Positions 51,648-61,624 of a DNA stretch of 64,000 nt are shown here, piece after piece. Made by a program: the position numbers and the translations under genes. The stretch comes from Spirochaetia bacterium (GTDB lineage: Bacteria > Spirochaetota > Spirochaetia > SZUA-6 > Bin103). The notes beneath the pieces were generated by a model that worked only from the letters and a program-made list of their open reading frames with translations, did no database searches and was not told where the DNA came from. How positions within the stretch are numbered: the first letter of the stretch is position 1; each line of letters opens with the position of its first letter. Location of the stretch: positions 1,440,001 through 1,504,000 of the forward strand of contig CBDAOI010000004.1 of NCBI GenBank assembly GCA_965198005.1, written 5' to 3'.

Positions 51648-51975
51648 CGTCCGGCCTCCTTACTCTGAATTCCAGCCACCTCGACGATCGGGTTCGTACA
51701 TGGTGGCGGCCTGACGATCGGCCTCGACGGATAGCTGCAATGGACGTGTCGCGGCCTCTTCGCGGTCGTGAAGCCCAGCACCAGACAACTCGGACCGTAC
51801 TTGTCATCCGGGTAGTCCTCACTGATCTCGCACGCTGCCATCGCCTCGCGAACTTCCTGGACGCGAATGCCTCGGACAATTGTCTGGTCCGTGGCATGTT
51901 CGGAGAACTCGAACATCCCGGCCCGACCTTCTCTCGTATCGCAGCCGCGATGTCTCCCGGCTGATCGTTGGCCAT
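51640..51975 (-). pseudogene. DUF4258 family putative toxin, frameshifted
   Basis: FEFSEHATDQ and EDYPDDKYGPSCLVLGFT are in one frame. The N-terminus, MYEPD and RWLEFRVRR fall in other frames. Confidence 0.75.
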
Positions 51976-51985
51976 TGGTCCACCG

Positions 51986-53911
51986 CTACAGACTCCGCAC
52001 GTTGCCGAGCCCGCGCTGCTCAAGGATTGCCGTAAGGTTGGTCTTGGCTACGTCGTCGGCGAAGGCGCTGTCGCGGAACACCACGGTAGTGTCGCCAGCC
52101 GGCTCAAGCTCCGTATACCAATCGACGATGCCGAGCCCCAGCGGCTCTACTTCATCGGATGCAACCCTCTCTGCGAGGCAGGCGATCAGCGTGCCGGCGC
52201 CTACGGAGCGGACTGTCTTGCCGGAAATGGTGCGCGCCTCGATCGGTACGCAGAGGTCCAAGCCAAGTTTCAATAGTACCTCATACAGAATGTCGTCCTC
52301 GTTCCTCCCTTGCTTTATGTGTTGAACACTGTCTATGAGCGTTCTCTCCAAATTGTTGTGATCCGGATCCCACACCTGAATATTCGATGTGTCAAGCGTG
52401 AACACACGGAATCCACAATCGTTGTTCTGATGGCTCCTGTCGTCCAACGGAAGCAAGTTTCCTCGTCCGTCAATCGCTCCCTCAATGAGTCCCTCCCGAA
52501 GCAGTCGAATACGCTGTTTTCCAATATCTGCGATCGTTGACAGTCCGGCTCTCTGCGCCGGAGATCCAGGTGGACAGAGCTCCGGCAACTGGACCATGAT
52601 GAATCTTCGCCCACCACCGTCCGCAGCATTAAGTGATAGAATTGCCTGTGCGGATGAACAAGACCCAGCAAAGAAGTCAAGGTAGATACCGTCGTCTTCA
52701 GGTTGATCATTAACTACGAGTGAGAACAGATGACGGATCAATGCACTCGGTTTAGGAAAATCGAATACCGGCGCTCCAAATAGTTCCCGGATTTCTTTCG
52801 TACCTTCCTGATTGAAAGGTCCGTTCATTAAAGAAAGAGGTTTGCCGAGACGCTCCACACCGCACTCATCACGCAAGTATTGCTTCACCCTGACGCTATA
52901 CTTGCCATTGCTTTCATTGATTACGACCTCATCGTTACGGTAGGCTCTTTCAAACCTTTCTTTTTCCCAGATCCATTGCTTGTCTGGCCATATATCAACA
53001 CCATTGTGTTGGATGGCGTAACGTAGATTAGGTCGATCGTCTTTACTAGTGGTTGCCAACGGTTGCGTAATATATCCACCTCTCGTGTGAAACTTAGCAT
53101 CTCTATTCCTGTACGTTTTTCGTTGCTCATCACTCAGTGGTGCGGCTAAGTTGGAAATGGTGTTTCGCGAGTATACCACCAGATATTCGTGGACACTTGC
53201 AAATCCCTTCGTCAAAGCCCCCGATCCGTATTTGTTCTTCCAAACGACCTCCTCGACATGGTTTTCTGAGCCAAAAACATCATCGCACATAAGACGTAAG
53301 TGTGCCACTTCTTTGTCATCAATAGAAATGCAGATAAGACCGTCATGTCGCAAGAGATCCCGTGCAACCTTCAATCGAGGGTACATCATGTTCAGCCAAT
53401 CCGTATGGAAGCGACCCGATGCCTCGGTGTTCGAGGACATCTTGCGGTTCTCACCGTCGACCTGTGCGGTCAGGTCCAGGTAATTGCGGATGCTGTCGCG
53501 GTAGTTGTCCGGGTAGATGAAGTCCTTTCCGGTATTGTAGGGAGGATCGATGTATATGAGCTTAACCTTGCCGGAGTAGCTCTTCTGTAGGAGTTTGAGC
53601 ACCTCGAGGTTGTCGCCCTCAATCATCAGGTTCTGCGTCGTGTCCCAGTCGACGCTGTCTTCCGGGCATGGTCGAAGCGTACCTGTGGAGGGTGTGAGCG
53701 CGAGTCGCCGCGCCTGACGCTTGCCGTGCCAGTTGAGGCCGTACTTCTCCTGGCGCTCGTCCACCGTGCCGCCGAGAAGCTGCTTGAGCACCTCGAAGTC
53801 GACGCGTCCCTCGGTGAACGCCTCCGGGAACAAGGCCTTCATCTGTTCGAGATTCTCGGCGATCAAGTCCGGCGAGCGGTATGCCGAGTCTCCGGCGGTT
53901 ATCTTCTTCAC
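51986..53911 (-). CDS. mod: Type III R-M DNA methyltransferase Mod
   Basis: IEGDNLEVLKLL, IYIDPPYNTG, FDFPKP and LDFFAGS motifs. AT-richer central region. Confidence 0.95.
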   Translation of the reverse strand: MKKITAGDSAYRSPDLIAENLEQMKALFPEAFTEGRVDFEVLKQLLGGTVDERQEKYGLNWHGKRQARRLALTPSTGTLRPCPEDSVDWDTTQNLMIEGDNLEVLKLLQKSYSGKVKLIYIDPPYNTGKDFIYPDNYRDSIRNYLDLTAQVDGENRKMSSNTEASGRFHTDWLNMMYPRLKVARDLLRHDGLICISIDDKEVAHLRLMCDDVFGSENHVEEVVWKNKYGSGALTKGFASVHEYLVVYSRNTISNLAAPLSDEQRKTYRNRDAKFHTRGGYITQPLATTSKDDRPNLRYAIQHNGVDIWPDKQWIWEKERFERAYRNDEVVINESNGKYSVRVKQYLRDECGVERLGKPLSLMNGPFNQEGTKEIRELFGAPVFDFPKPSALIRHLFSLVVNDQPEDDGIYLDFFAGSCSSAQAILSLNAADGGGRRFIMVQLPELCPPGSPAQRAGLSTIADIGKQRIRLLREGLIEGAIDGRGNLLPLDDRSHQNNDCGFRVFTLDTSNIQVWDPDHNNLERTLIDSVQHIKQGRNEDDILYEVLLKLGLDLCVPIEARTISGKTVRSVGAGTLIACLAERVASDEVEPLGLGIVDWYTELEPAGDTTVVFRDSAFADDVAKTNLTAILEQRGLGNVRSL

Positions 53912-54747
53912 GCGGTCTCCTGTGTCTTCACTGCGGAGAGTGGTCCTGTATCAATCGACCTCGGGCGAATCATGCGTTCGCTCCCTTCGACTTCGAGGTC
54001 TTGCAGCGCGGCGCGGCGCTTCTTCCGTAATTCAGCGAGTTCCAGATTCATTGCGACCCGTCTGGAAAGTTGCCTCTCCCGGCGAGCTTCGGCGAGCAGT
54101 TTCGCGATCCGCGCGTTGAGGCTCCGGTACGCGTCGATCGCCGCGGCCCTCCGAGCCGCTGCCGCCGCTGAGCCGGGCATCGCGAACTCCCCGGTCACGC
54201 GAGCGGCGTTCAGCGCTTGAACCGCGTCGATCCAGCCTTGGTAGAGCGCATGCAACGTGGCTCGCGGCTGGCTGCGCAGGGCCAGAGCGCACATGAACCT
54301 ATCGGTGAACTCGTGCCCGCCGCTGCCGAACAGAGCACTGATGATACCACCATCGAGCACCGTCCTGCCGGCTTCGGCTTGGGACCATCGCTTGTGGGCC
54401 AGCGACACACCCACGGCCTCTCCCTGCCCGGTAAAGAGCAGCACCGGGTAGGGCACCGCGCGGTGCACCAACTCCGTCAGCCGCTCGGTGCGTACCCTGG
54501 CGCGAAGCGTGAGCGTCAGCACCGCGATCTCCAGGTACTCGCGGACCGCGTCGCGGTACACGGCCACGCCGACCGTCGTCGGTTTCAGCACGGCGAGCCA
54601 CCGGATCTCTTCCACGCCGTCGCGGATGCGCCGCTTGTCGGCCGCGGTGGCGACGCCGTTGTCGATCAGCAGCGTCTTGGGCACGCGACGGTCGACGTGC
54701 GCGCCCGCCGGGAGGGCGAGCGCCGCAACGGGATCGAACGCCGTCAT
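53908..54747 (-). CDS. DUF4391 domain-containing protein
   Basis: VDRRVPKT, IRWLAVLKP, EYLEIAVL, HRAVPYP and ERQLSRRVAMN motifs. Four-base stop/start overlaps with both neighbours. Confidence 0.85.
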   Translation of the reverse strand: MTAFDPVAALALPAGAHVDRRVPKTLLIDNGVATAADKRRIRDGVEEIRWLAVLKPTTVGVAVYRDAVREYLEIAVLTLTLRARVRTERLTELVHRAVPYPVLLFTGQGEAVGVSLAHKRWSQAEAGRTVLDGGIISALFGSGGHEFTDRFMCALALRSQPRATLHALYQGWIDAVQALNAARVTGEFAMPGSAAAAARRAAAIDAYRSLNARIAKLLAEARRERQLSRRVAMNLELAELRKKRRAALQDLEVEGSERMIRPRSIDTGPLSAVKTQETA

Positions 54748-57700
54748 GCCGCTTCCTCCGCGAGCACGATGAGGAACGCCACGACCTCGAAGTCGTCGAT
54801 GCCGGAGAACTCGCCCGCCAGCGCATGAGTTCCGCCGGGGGAGAACAGGCTGGCGACTGCGCGTTCCTCCTGCTTGCCGGCGACCGAGGCGACGGCCGCC
54901 GCCAGGAGCCGCTGGGCATGACGCATGTCACGGTCGCCTCGTGTCACCCGGTCGAAGCGCGCGCAGGCGCCGGCGTCCGGGATCTCGCGGCCCAGACAGA
55001 GACGCCTGAGGCGATCCAGAATCCGCTTCGCCTGGGTGAAGGGGAGGAGCACGGCACCGTCATCGCCGACGTGGACCAGGTAGTGCGGCGCCAGCGGGTA
55101 ACCCGGCTCGAACGAACGCGCGCCGGTTGGACCTTCGGCGCGCAGGCAGAAGATCATGCCGGGCGGCGTCTCGGCGTCGGCAGCCGTGGTCACCGCGTAG
55201 ACGCCGAGCGGCAGGCGATCCAGGGTATCCGACCTGTCCCTCCGGTAGTCCGCCAGATCGATGCGGAAGTCGGTCAGCGTCAGATCGGCAATCGACACTC
55301 CGGACGACAGATCCTCCAGGTCGATGACCGCGTCCTGCAGCTTTAGTAGCTGCCTGCGCCGGTATTCAAGGTCGTTCATCGGATCGCCCGATTGCTGCTC
55401 GATCAGATTTTCCTCGCCGGTGGCGGAAATGTCGAGCAGCACCATGCGCCCACTCACGCGCTGCTCCAGACGCAGATATTCCTCCAACTCCAGGTTGGGC
55501 CAGAAGTTGACGAGCTGAATCCGCTCATTGGGGGCGCCGATCCGGTCGATGCGCCCGAAGCGCTGAATGATCCGTACCGGATTCCAGTGGATGTCGTAGT
55601 TGATGAGCCAGTCGCAATCCTGCAGGTTCTGACCTTCCGAAATGCAGTCGGTCGCGATCAGCAGGTCGATCTCGCCTTCCGCGGCGAGATCTTCGGGCCG
55701 TTCCTTGGTGCGCGGCGCGAACGCGGTGAGGATCGATACCAGGTCCTTGCGCAGCCGCGGCAGGGTCGTCTGGTTCCCACCGGTGCCGGTGACGAGAGCA
55801 GCCTCCAGCTCCAGCTCGGCCCGAGCCCACGGCGCCAATTCCTCGTAGAGATAGCGGGCGGTGTCCGCGAACGCCGTGAAGACGATCACCTTGCGGTTGG
55901 CCGGGTTGATGGGGTGGCGGCGCTTCCGCTCGATCACCGCGCGCAGCTCGGCGAGCTTGGCGTCGCGCGTCGCGGTGACCTGACAGGCCGCCGCGTGCAG
56001 CGTCGCGAGGCGATTGCGATCTTCGATCAGATCCTGTTTCCATCGAATCTGGTCGACGTCCTGAAGGAGGACCTTGACCTTGCGGCCGACCAGGAGACTC
56101 TCGAATGCCGGGTCTTCGATGTCCACCTCCGCGATGTCGATCTCTTCCACCTCGTCAGCCTGATCCTCCAGGCGCGCGAGCGTGCCCTCCACGTCGGCGA
56201 GCTGGCGCCGCACCGTAAGCGCAAAGGAGGTCACCGAGCTCTCCATGCGCTTCAGCGCGTTGACGCGAAGAAGCTGCACCAGGCTCTCCTCGCGATCCAC
56301 CTGCCGGAAGAATCCCTCGCCCCGTTCGAGCTTGGTGCTGTACTTCGCGTCGTACGCCTCCCGCTTGTGCGGCAGCACGTAGCGCAGCGGCGCATAGGCA
56401 GCCAGGTTGAGACGCCGGATCTCCGAGTTGATCTCGCGAATGGAAGGGAACGCTCCCGCAAGGTCTACGTCCGGCTTGAGGTTGATCGGCTTCAGCCGCT
56501 CGGGAAATCGTCCGGTCTGCGCCGTTCCGTAGTACTTCTCGAGGTGCCGCCGTGAGCGTGCGATGGTGAGCCGATCGAGCAGCGTGAAGTAGTCGAATCC
56601 CAGCATCTCGATGAGCCGCGAAGGGGTGCGCTCGTCGTCGTCGAGATCGAGCCATCGGTTGAACTGCTTCTGCGCGAGGCGTGTGGTGGCGTCGATACTA
56701 CCGATGCCGTGGTCGGCGAGTGCCGCATCGTCCCCTTCCGTAGCGAATGCGATCTGGTTGCGCAGGTCGGCCAAGCGGTTGTTGACCGGGGTGGCGGACA
56801 GCATGAGCACCCGAGTCTTCACGCCGTCCCGGATGATCCGGCGCATCAGGCGGTCGTAGCGCGTCTCGCCTCCTTGGCGAGGGGTGCGCTTGTTGCGGAA
56901 ATTGTGGGATTCGTCGATCACGACGAGGTCGTAGTTTCCCCAGTTCACGTAGGCCAGGTCGATGTCGCCGGAAAGCCCGCCGTCGCGCGACAGGTCGGTG
57001 TGGTTGAGGATGTCGTAGTTGAAGCGGTCGCCGGCAAGTAAGTTGCGGCGATCGTTGGAGCGATAGAGTGACCAGTTGTCGCGCAGGCGCTTCGGGCACA
57101 GGACGAGGACGCGGTCGTTCCGAAGTTCATGGTACTTGATGACGGCGAGTGCCTCGAAGGTTTTCCCGAGCCCGACGCTGTCGGCGATGATGCACCCGCC
57201 GAACCGGTTGAGCTTGTCGATGGCTCCCACGACACCATCGCGCTGAAACTTGAAGAGCTTCTGCCATACCGCCGTGTTGCGGATCCCCGTGGCCGACTTG
57301 ACGACCTGCTCCTCGTCCAATTCGTCGCCCTGGGTACGGAACAGGTGGTGCAGGATCAACGCATAGATACTGAGCGGATCGCGGTCGGCTGCAAGCGACC
57401 GCAGCAGGTCGACGACACCGGTCTTTGCGCTGCCATCCGGTGGCAGAGCAGCCCACTGCGCATCGAACCACTCGCATAACCGCTCGCTTTCCTCGGCGGT
57501 CTCCGATGCCTGGATCAGGTTGAGTGGGTTCCCCGGAGCCAGGCCGAGCCCGTCGGTGCTGAACGAGAACGAACCGAGCACGGCTTGCTGCGGGCTCCCA
57601 TCACCGTTGCGCAGCACGACGGCTCCTTGCGGGATGGGTCGGTCGGCTCTGCGGACCTCGACTGTCTCCTCCATCCAGTCTGCGCAGCGCTTGGCCAGCC

Positions 57701-57941
57701 AGCGGCCTTGCAGGCGGTTGCGCGCGGCCCGGTCCCCGTCGGCACCAAACAGTCCGAGATCCGTGTCTTCGGGCGGCAGCACAAGGCGCGCCTCTGCCAT
57801 GCGCGACAGCTTCTCCGCAAGTTCCCCGAATGCATGCAGTGACAGTGAGCCAGAGGCCAAATCCAGCCGATTGCCGGGCCGAAGCCACGGTTGAATGAGG
57901 TCAACTACGCGTTCCGTGCCTGTATTGGAAACAATCGTCAT
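54744..57941 (-). CDS. SNF2-family helicase with an N-terminal degenerate PLD-like domain
   Basis: FQRDGV, ADSVGLGKT, IDESHNFR, LSATPVNN, ISEGQNLQD and WNPVRIIQRFGRIDR motifs. N-terminal GSFSFS..WFDAQW. Confidence 0.9.
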   Translation of the reverse strand: MTIVSNTGTERVVDLIQPWLRPGNRLDLASGSLSLHAFGELAEKLSRMAEARLVLPPEDTDLGLFGADGDRAARNRLQGRWLAKRCADWMEETVEVRRADRPIPQGAVVLRNGDGSPQQAVLGSFSFSTDGLGLAPGNPLNLIQASETAEESERLCEWFDAQWAALPPDGSAKTGVVDLLRSLAADRDPLSIYALILHHLFRTQGDELDEEQVVKSATGIRNTAVWQKLFKFQRDGVVGAIDKLNRFGGCIIADSVGLGKTFEALAVIKYHELRNDRVLVLCPKRLRDNWSLYRSNDRRNLLAGDRFNYDILNHTDLSRDGGLSGDIDLAYVNWGNYDLVVIDESHNFRNKRTPRQGGETRYDRLMRRIIRDGVKTRVLMLSATPVNNRLADLRNQIAFATEGDDAALADHGIGSIDATTRLAQKQFNRWLDLDDDERTPSRLIEMLGFDYFTLLDRLTIARSRRHLEKYYGTAQTGRFPERLKPINLKPDVDLAGAFPSIREINSEIRRLNLAAYAPLRYVLPHKREAYDAKYSTKLERGEGFFRQVDREESLVQLLRVNALKRMESSVTSFALTVRRQLADVEGTLARLEDQADEVEEIDIAEVDIEDPAFESLLVGRKVKVLLQDVDQIRWKQDLIEDRNRLATLHAAACQVTATRDAKLAELRAVIERKRRHPINPANRKVIVFTAFADTARYLYEELAPWARAELELEAALVTGTGGNQTTLPRLRKDLVSILTAFAPRTKERPEDLAAEGEIDLLIATDCISEGQNLQDCDWLINYDIHWNPVRIIQRFGRIDRIGAPNERIQLVNFWPNLELEEYLRLEQRVSGRMVLLDISATGEENLIEQQSGDPMNDLEYRRRQLLKLQDAVIDLEDLSSGVSIADLTLTDFRIDLADYRRDRSDTLDRLPLGVYAVTTAADAETPPGMIFCLRAEGPTGARSFEPGYPLAPHYLVHVGDDGAVLLPFTQAKRILDRLRRLCLGREIPDAGACARFDRVTRGDRDMRHAQRLLAAAVASVAGKQEERAVASLFSPGGTHALAGEFSGIDDFEVVAFLIVLAEEAA

Positions 57942-58194
57942 CGTGATGCCCAATTTGAATGCCCCGGCTCAGCTCAACCAACCACAGCAGCTGACGCAAG
58001 GTACCATTCGCCCGCGAGAGCAGCGAAGGAGGTAGCCAAGGAGCTGGTCGGTGCTGGCCCAAAAGGGCAAAGGACACGGCTGAGTGTAGCCGGATGCGGC
58101 CGGCAATGGGGAGAGGTGAAAGCCCCGTTTGCGGCATACGCCGCAGGCGACACGGCTACGACTCGAGGAATCACGTGCGGACTCCTGACCGCCG

Positions 58195-58655
58195 CCGGCA
58201 GCTTGATCTCGGCCTGCCGGACCGCGGCGGCAAGCTCTGCCAAGAACACCGACCGGTCCCGGAGCAGGGTGTCCGGCATCGTTTGCAGCATGGCCACGAT
58301 GGCACTCTGCTGAGCCCGGCCCGCGGCTCCTCCCGCGAACGGATCTGCCGGTCTCGCTTCTTCGGCTTGGCCAGGTTTTGGAAGCCCCTCTGCTGGTCGA
58401 GGCGCGCGATGCGCTCCGCGCGCGCAGCGGCCGTTCGACGGTGATCTTGCGGTAGCCGAACTGCGTCGTGGCGGAGATGCGGCTCACGACCACATCCTCC
58501 TCGGTGCCATCCTCGACTACGGGTCGGGTCGCACCATCCTCGAAGCCGGCGAGCAGTTGCAGGACGTCGGCGGCCTTGTCGGGCGGGATCAGGCGCCGCT
58601 TGTCGCCGAGGCTGCGGCGCATCGGTGACCAGAACGAGGTGGCGTCGATCAGTGA
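58195..58655 (-). pseudogene. hsdM: Type I R-M HsdM C-terminal fragment, frameshifted
   Basis: LIDATSFWSPMRRSLGDKRR, FGYRKITVERPL, FQNLAKPKKR and RDRSVFLAEL occur across different frames. Confidence 0.75.
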
Positions 58656-58932
58656 TCGGGACGGTGCGAGCGCGCTGATGGACGACTGGGCCGAGTATCT
58701 GATGACCGGAGAGCGCCGGTCAGTGGGAGCCACCCACCATGCCGCTGCCACGGTGTCGAGCCGGTAGAGTATAGACGTGTCCGATCACGTCGTCCATAAT
58801 GGCCGGGTGTCCGCAAGAGGTCGCGCAGGAGAGGGTAGCCACCCCGGCGGGAGCCCCGTGGTCAAGCCATGCGGTTCCTCCACCGGGGACTGGCGATCTC
58901 GCTGCTCTGGCGGCTAAACGCAGGGGGACGGG

Positions 58933-59958
58933 ATGGCGACGATTCGGTTCTTTCACGAGATCGACGGTGATGTCCACGAGCTTCCGGAGGGAGGTCCCTT
59001 CCCCTACGAGCGCGGACTGCAAAGCTTCTTCGAGAAGTACCTGCGCACCCTGACCGGCGTCGAATTCCTCGCTTCCGAGTATTCGACCGGCCAACGTCAC
59101 AGCCGGCGCATCGATACGCTGGGAATCGACGCCGCTGGACGGCCCGTGGTTGTCGAGTACAAGCGGCGCCAGGATGAGAACGTCATCAATCAGGGCCTGG
59201 ACTACCTCGCTTGGTTGGAAGACCATCAAGGGGAATTCCGCGAGCTTGTGCGGAAGAAGCTCGGTGACGGGCGCGTCCCGGACATCGACTGGACGACGCC
59301 GCGCCTACTGTGCGTCGCCAGCGAGTTCCCGAGTCAAGACCGGAGTGCTGCGGAAAGCAGCCGCCGACGTATCGCATTGCTCCGCTATCGCCGTTACGGC
59401 GATGCCTTTGTGGCGCTGGAGTGGGTGTATGGCGGCGGGGCAGGCGAGCCAGAACCGCCACCGCGGCGGACCGCGCCTTCTCGCGGCACCGGACCTTCCG
59501 ACTATTCCGCCTACGAGCCCTGGGACAAGACCAGCGAGGGAACCCGGATTCTGTTCCGTGAACTCACAACGTTGGTGGAGTCGTTGGGTAGCGTGCGAAC
59601 GGACGCTTTCAAGACAGTGATGACATTCAAGTGCACGGCCGCACCCGGCAACGGCGAGCCGGTTGTTGCGTACGTCCATTTGCGCGTTCGGAACGGCATC
59701 CGCGTACACGTCCACGAGAAGCACCTGCGCGACATCCCGCTTGAGGACGGTTTCACTCGCCCCTGCGATCGCGGGTACCGAGAGATCACGATCCGCGACG
59801 GGGGACACATCCGCAAGGCGGAGCCGCTGTTGCGTGCGGCCTACGACAGTCTCAGCGGATCACGGGAGCACGCCGAGTCGCGAGGTCGGCCGCCGCGCGG
59901 AAGGCGTGGGACGTCCGCCGGTCCAGGCAAGTCACCGGAGCAGGCCGAGCCTCGCTGA
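58933..59958 (+). CDS. NucS-like PD-(D/E)XK endonuclease domain plus DUF5655-like C-terminal domain
   Basis: ERGLQSFFE, FLASEYSTG, RIDTLGID..PVVVEYKR and NQGLDYL.WL motifs. Confidence 0.8.
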   Translation: MATIRFFHEIDGDVHELPEGGPFPYERGLQSFFEKYLRTLTGVEFLASEYSTGQRHSRRIDTLGIDAAGRPVVVEYKRRQDENVINQGLDYLAWLEDHQGEFRELVRKKLGDGRVPDIDWTTPRLLCVASEFPSQDRSAAESSRRRIALLRYRRYGDAFVALEWVYGGGAGEPEPPPRRTAPSRGTGPSDYSAYEPWDKTSEGTRILFRELTTLVESLGSVRTDAFKTVMTFKCTAAPGNGEPVVAYVHLRVRNGIRVHVHEKHLRDIPLEDGFTRPCDRGYREITIRDGGHIRKAEPLLRAAYDSLSGSREHAESRGRPPRGRRGTSAGPGKSPEQAEPR

Positions 59959-60164
59959 AATGACCGGCACGGCAGACAGCCCTCGTCCTGCGGCCACGTC
60001 AGGACTGCGGGCACGTGCTACGCTCGCGCTCCCGTTCTTGGCGGCGTACACTGAACTTAACTCGCTAAGATAGGCACGAAATCACTGGATCGACGGACTC
60101 CACAGGCCATAGGGGCCTGCCCGATCCGGTGCGAGTCCTCCGGAGCCGATGTGAGAACTGCCGA

Positions 60165-60790
60165 ATGGCCCTGAAGAAGTCACAACTCTACTCCTCGCTC
60201 TGGCAAAGCTGCGACGAATTGCGCGGCGGCATGGACGCGTCGCAGTACAAGGACTACGTCCTGACGCTGCTGTTCATGAAGTACGTCTCCGACAAATACG
60301 CCGGCAGCTCCGATGCGCTGATCGAAGTCCCGGCCGGCGGCGGCTTCGCCGACATGGTGCAGCTCAGGGGTGACAAGGAGATCGGCGACCGGATCAACAA
60401 GATCATCGGCCGGCTCGCCGAGGCCAACGACCTCAAGGGGGTCATCGACCAAGCCGACTTCAACGACGAGAGCAAGCTCGGCGCCGGCAAGGAGATGCAG
60501 GACCGGCTCGCCAGGCGGCCGCCGGCGCCCGCCGCGGCGTCTTCATGATCGACGCGAGCCGGGGCTTCCTCAAGGACGGCAACAAGAACCGCCTGCGCGC
60601 CCAGGACATCCATCGGATCGTCGACGTGTTCAACCGGCAGATCGAGCTGCCGCGCTACTCCCGCATGGTGCCGGTGGCGGAGATCGCCGGCCCCGCCAAC
60701 GAGCACAACCTGAACATTCCGCGCTACGTCGATTCCAGCGAGTCCGAGGACCTGCTGGCGCGCTTCGCCGACTTGGCGCTGCTCGACCGG
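60165..60790 (+). pseudogene. hsdM: Type I HsdM with its catalytic core deleted (three splinters)
   Basis: MALKKSQLYSSLWQSCDELRGGMDASQYKDY..EMQDRL, then GVFMIDAS..NLNIPRYVDSSE, then LLARFADLALLD. No NPPF/Y or DPxxG motifs remain. Confidence 0.85.
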
Positions 60791-60797
60791 TGGGGGA

Positions 60798-61130
60798 GTC
60801 AAAGGCTGCTCTCCCACCAACCTGCGCAAGTTCCGCCACTTCTACTGGGCCTATCCCGAGATTCAACAGACACTGTCCGTTGAATCTCCTGAGCACACCG
60901 AGATTCGACAGACACCGCCTGTCGAATCACTCCTTACGCCTGCGGACGACGGCGCCATCGGCCCAACGTACATAGGAGACCGATTTACCCTCGGCTGGTC
61001 CCACTACGTCACCCTCCTGACCATCGAAAACGCCGAAGCACGGCGCTTCTACGAGATCGAGGCGACGGACAGCGGCTGGAGCGTGCGCGAGTTGGAGCGG
61101 CAGATCGCCAGCTCTCTGTACGAGCGGCTT
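60798..61130 (+). pseudogene. DUF1016/YhcG-like nuclease fragment
   Basis: KGCSPTNLRKFRHFYWAYPEIQQT, then a frameshift, then RFTLGWSHYVTLL..RRFYEIE..WSVRELERQIASSLYERL. Confidence 0.8.
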
Positions 61131-61163
61131 GTCGTCCTTGAGCAGCGGCGTCCCGGTGAATGC
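61128..61163 (-). pseudogene. 36-bp micro-fragment resembling the type I HsdR helicase motif III region
   Basis: The minus strand reads AFTGTPLLKDDK. Confidence 0.5.
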
Positions 61164-61425
61164 AGACGCCCATCGGAGGCAGCTATTGCACTTGCACGGG
61201 CAGCCGCAGGTGTCGTACAGGAGTGTGCGGAGCTGCTCAAGAGACAGGATGGCCGGGCCGGCGCGCCGAGTAAACAGGTCGATACGAGATCGTTCCAGCT
61301 TCGCTACCAGACGGCGCCTTGGCTGTTTCCTCCCGGAGCAACTGCAGATCCTTGACCATCATCGGAAACCGCACGGCCAGTCGCTCGTAGCGTGCGTTCG
61401 TCCGCGGGCCGTGCCGCGGGCCGTC

Positions 61426-61624
61426 AGGCCAGACCCGTCAGCACGAGTCGTCGCCGTCCGGCTGGTGGCAGGTTGAGGTACTTGCGGAGGGCTCTGCCAC
61501 CTCCCGCGGAGAGCGATTCGCCAGGAACCTGTCCAGCGTCGCGAGGCTGTTGTCGGCAAGGGTGACCGCACGTTCGGCGTCGACTGCGGTAGGATCGCCC
61601 AGCGGCAGGAGACCCGATTCCGCG
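61426..61624 (+). repeat. Direct repeat copy 1 (199 bp visible); copy 2 at 63802-64000
   Basis: The copies are identical except one A/G substitution. Copy 2 runs off the window end. Confidence 0.92.

Noticed and set aside
54744-57941. Calling the helicase locus DISARM or BREX
   Set aside because: No DUF1998 (DrmB), DrmA, PglZ or BrxC is recognisable. The partners are type III Mod and Res.
60856-60930. Short tandem repeat CCGAGATTC.ACAGACAC..GAATC as a CRISPR-like repeat
   Set aside because: Only two degenerate copies. They encode the EIxQT..VES repeats typical of the DUF1016 variable linker.
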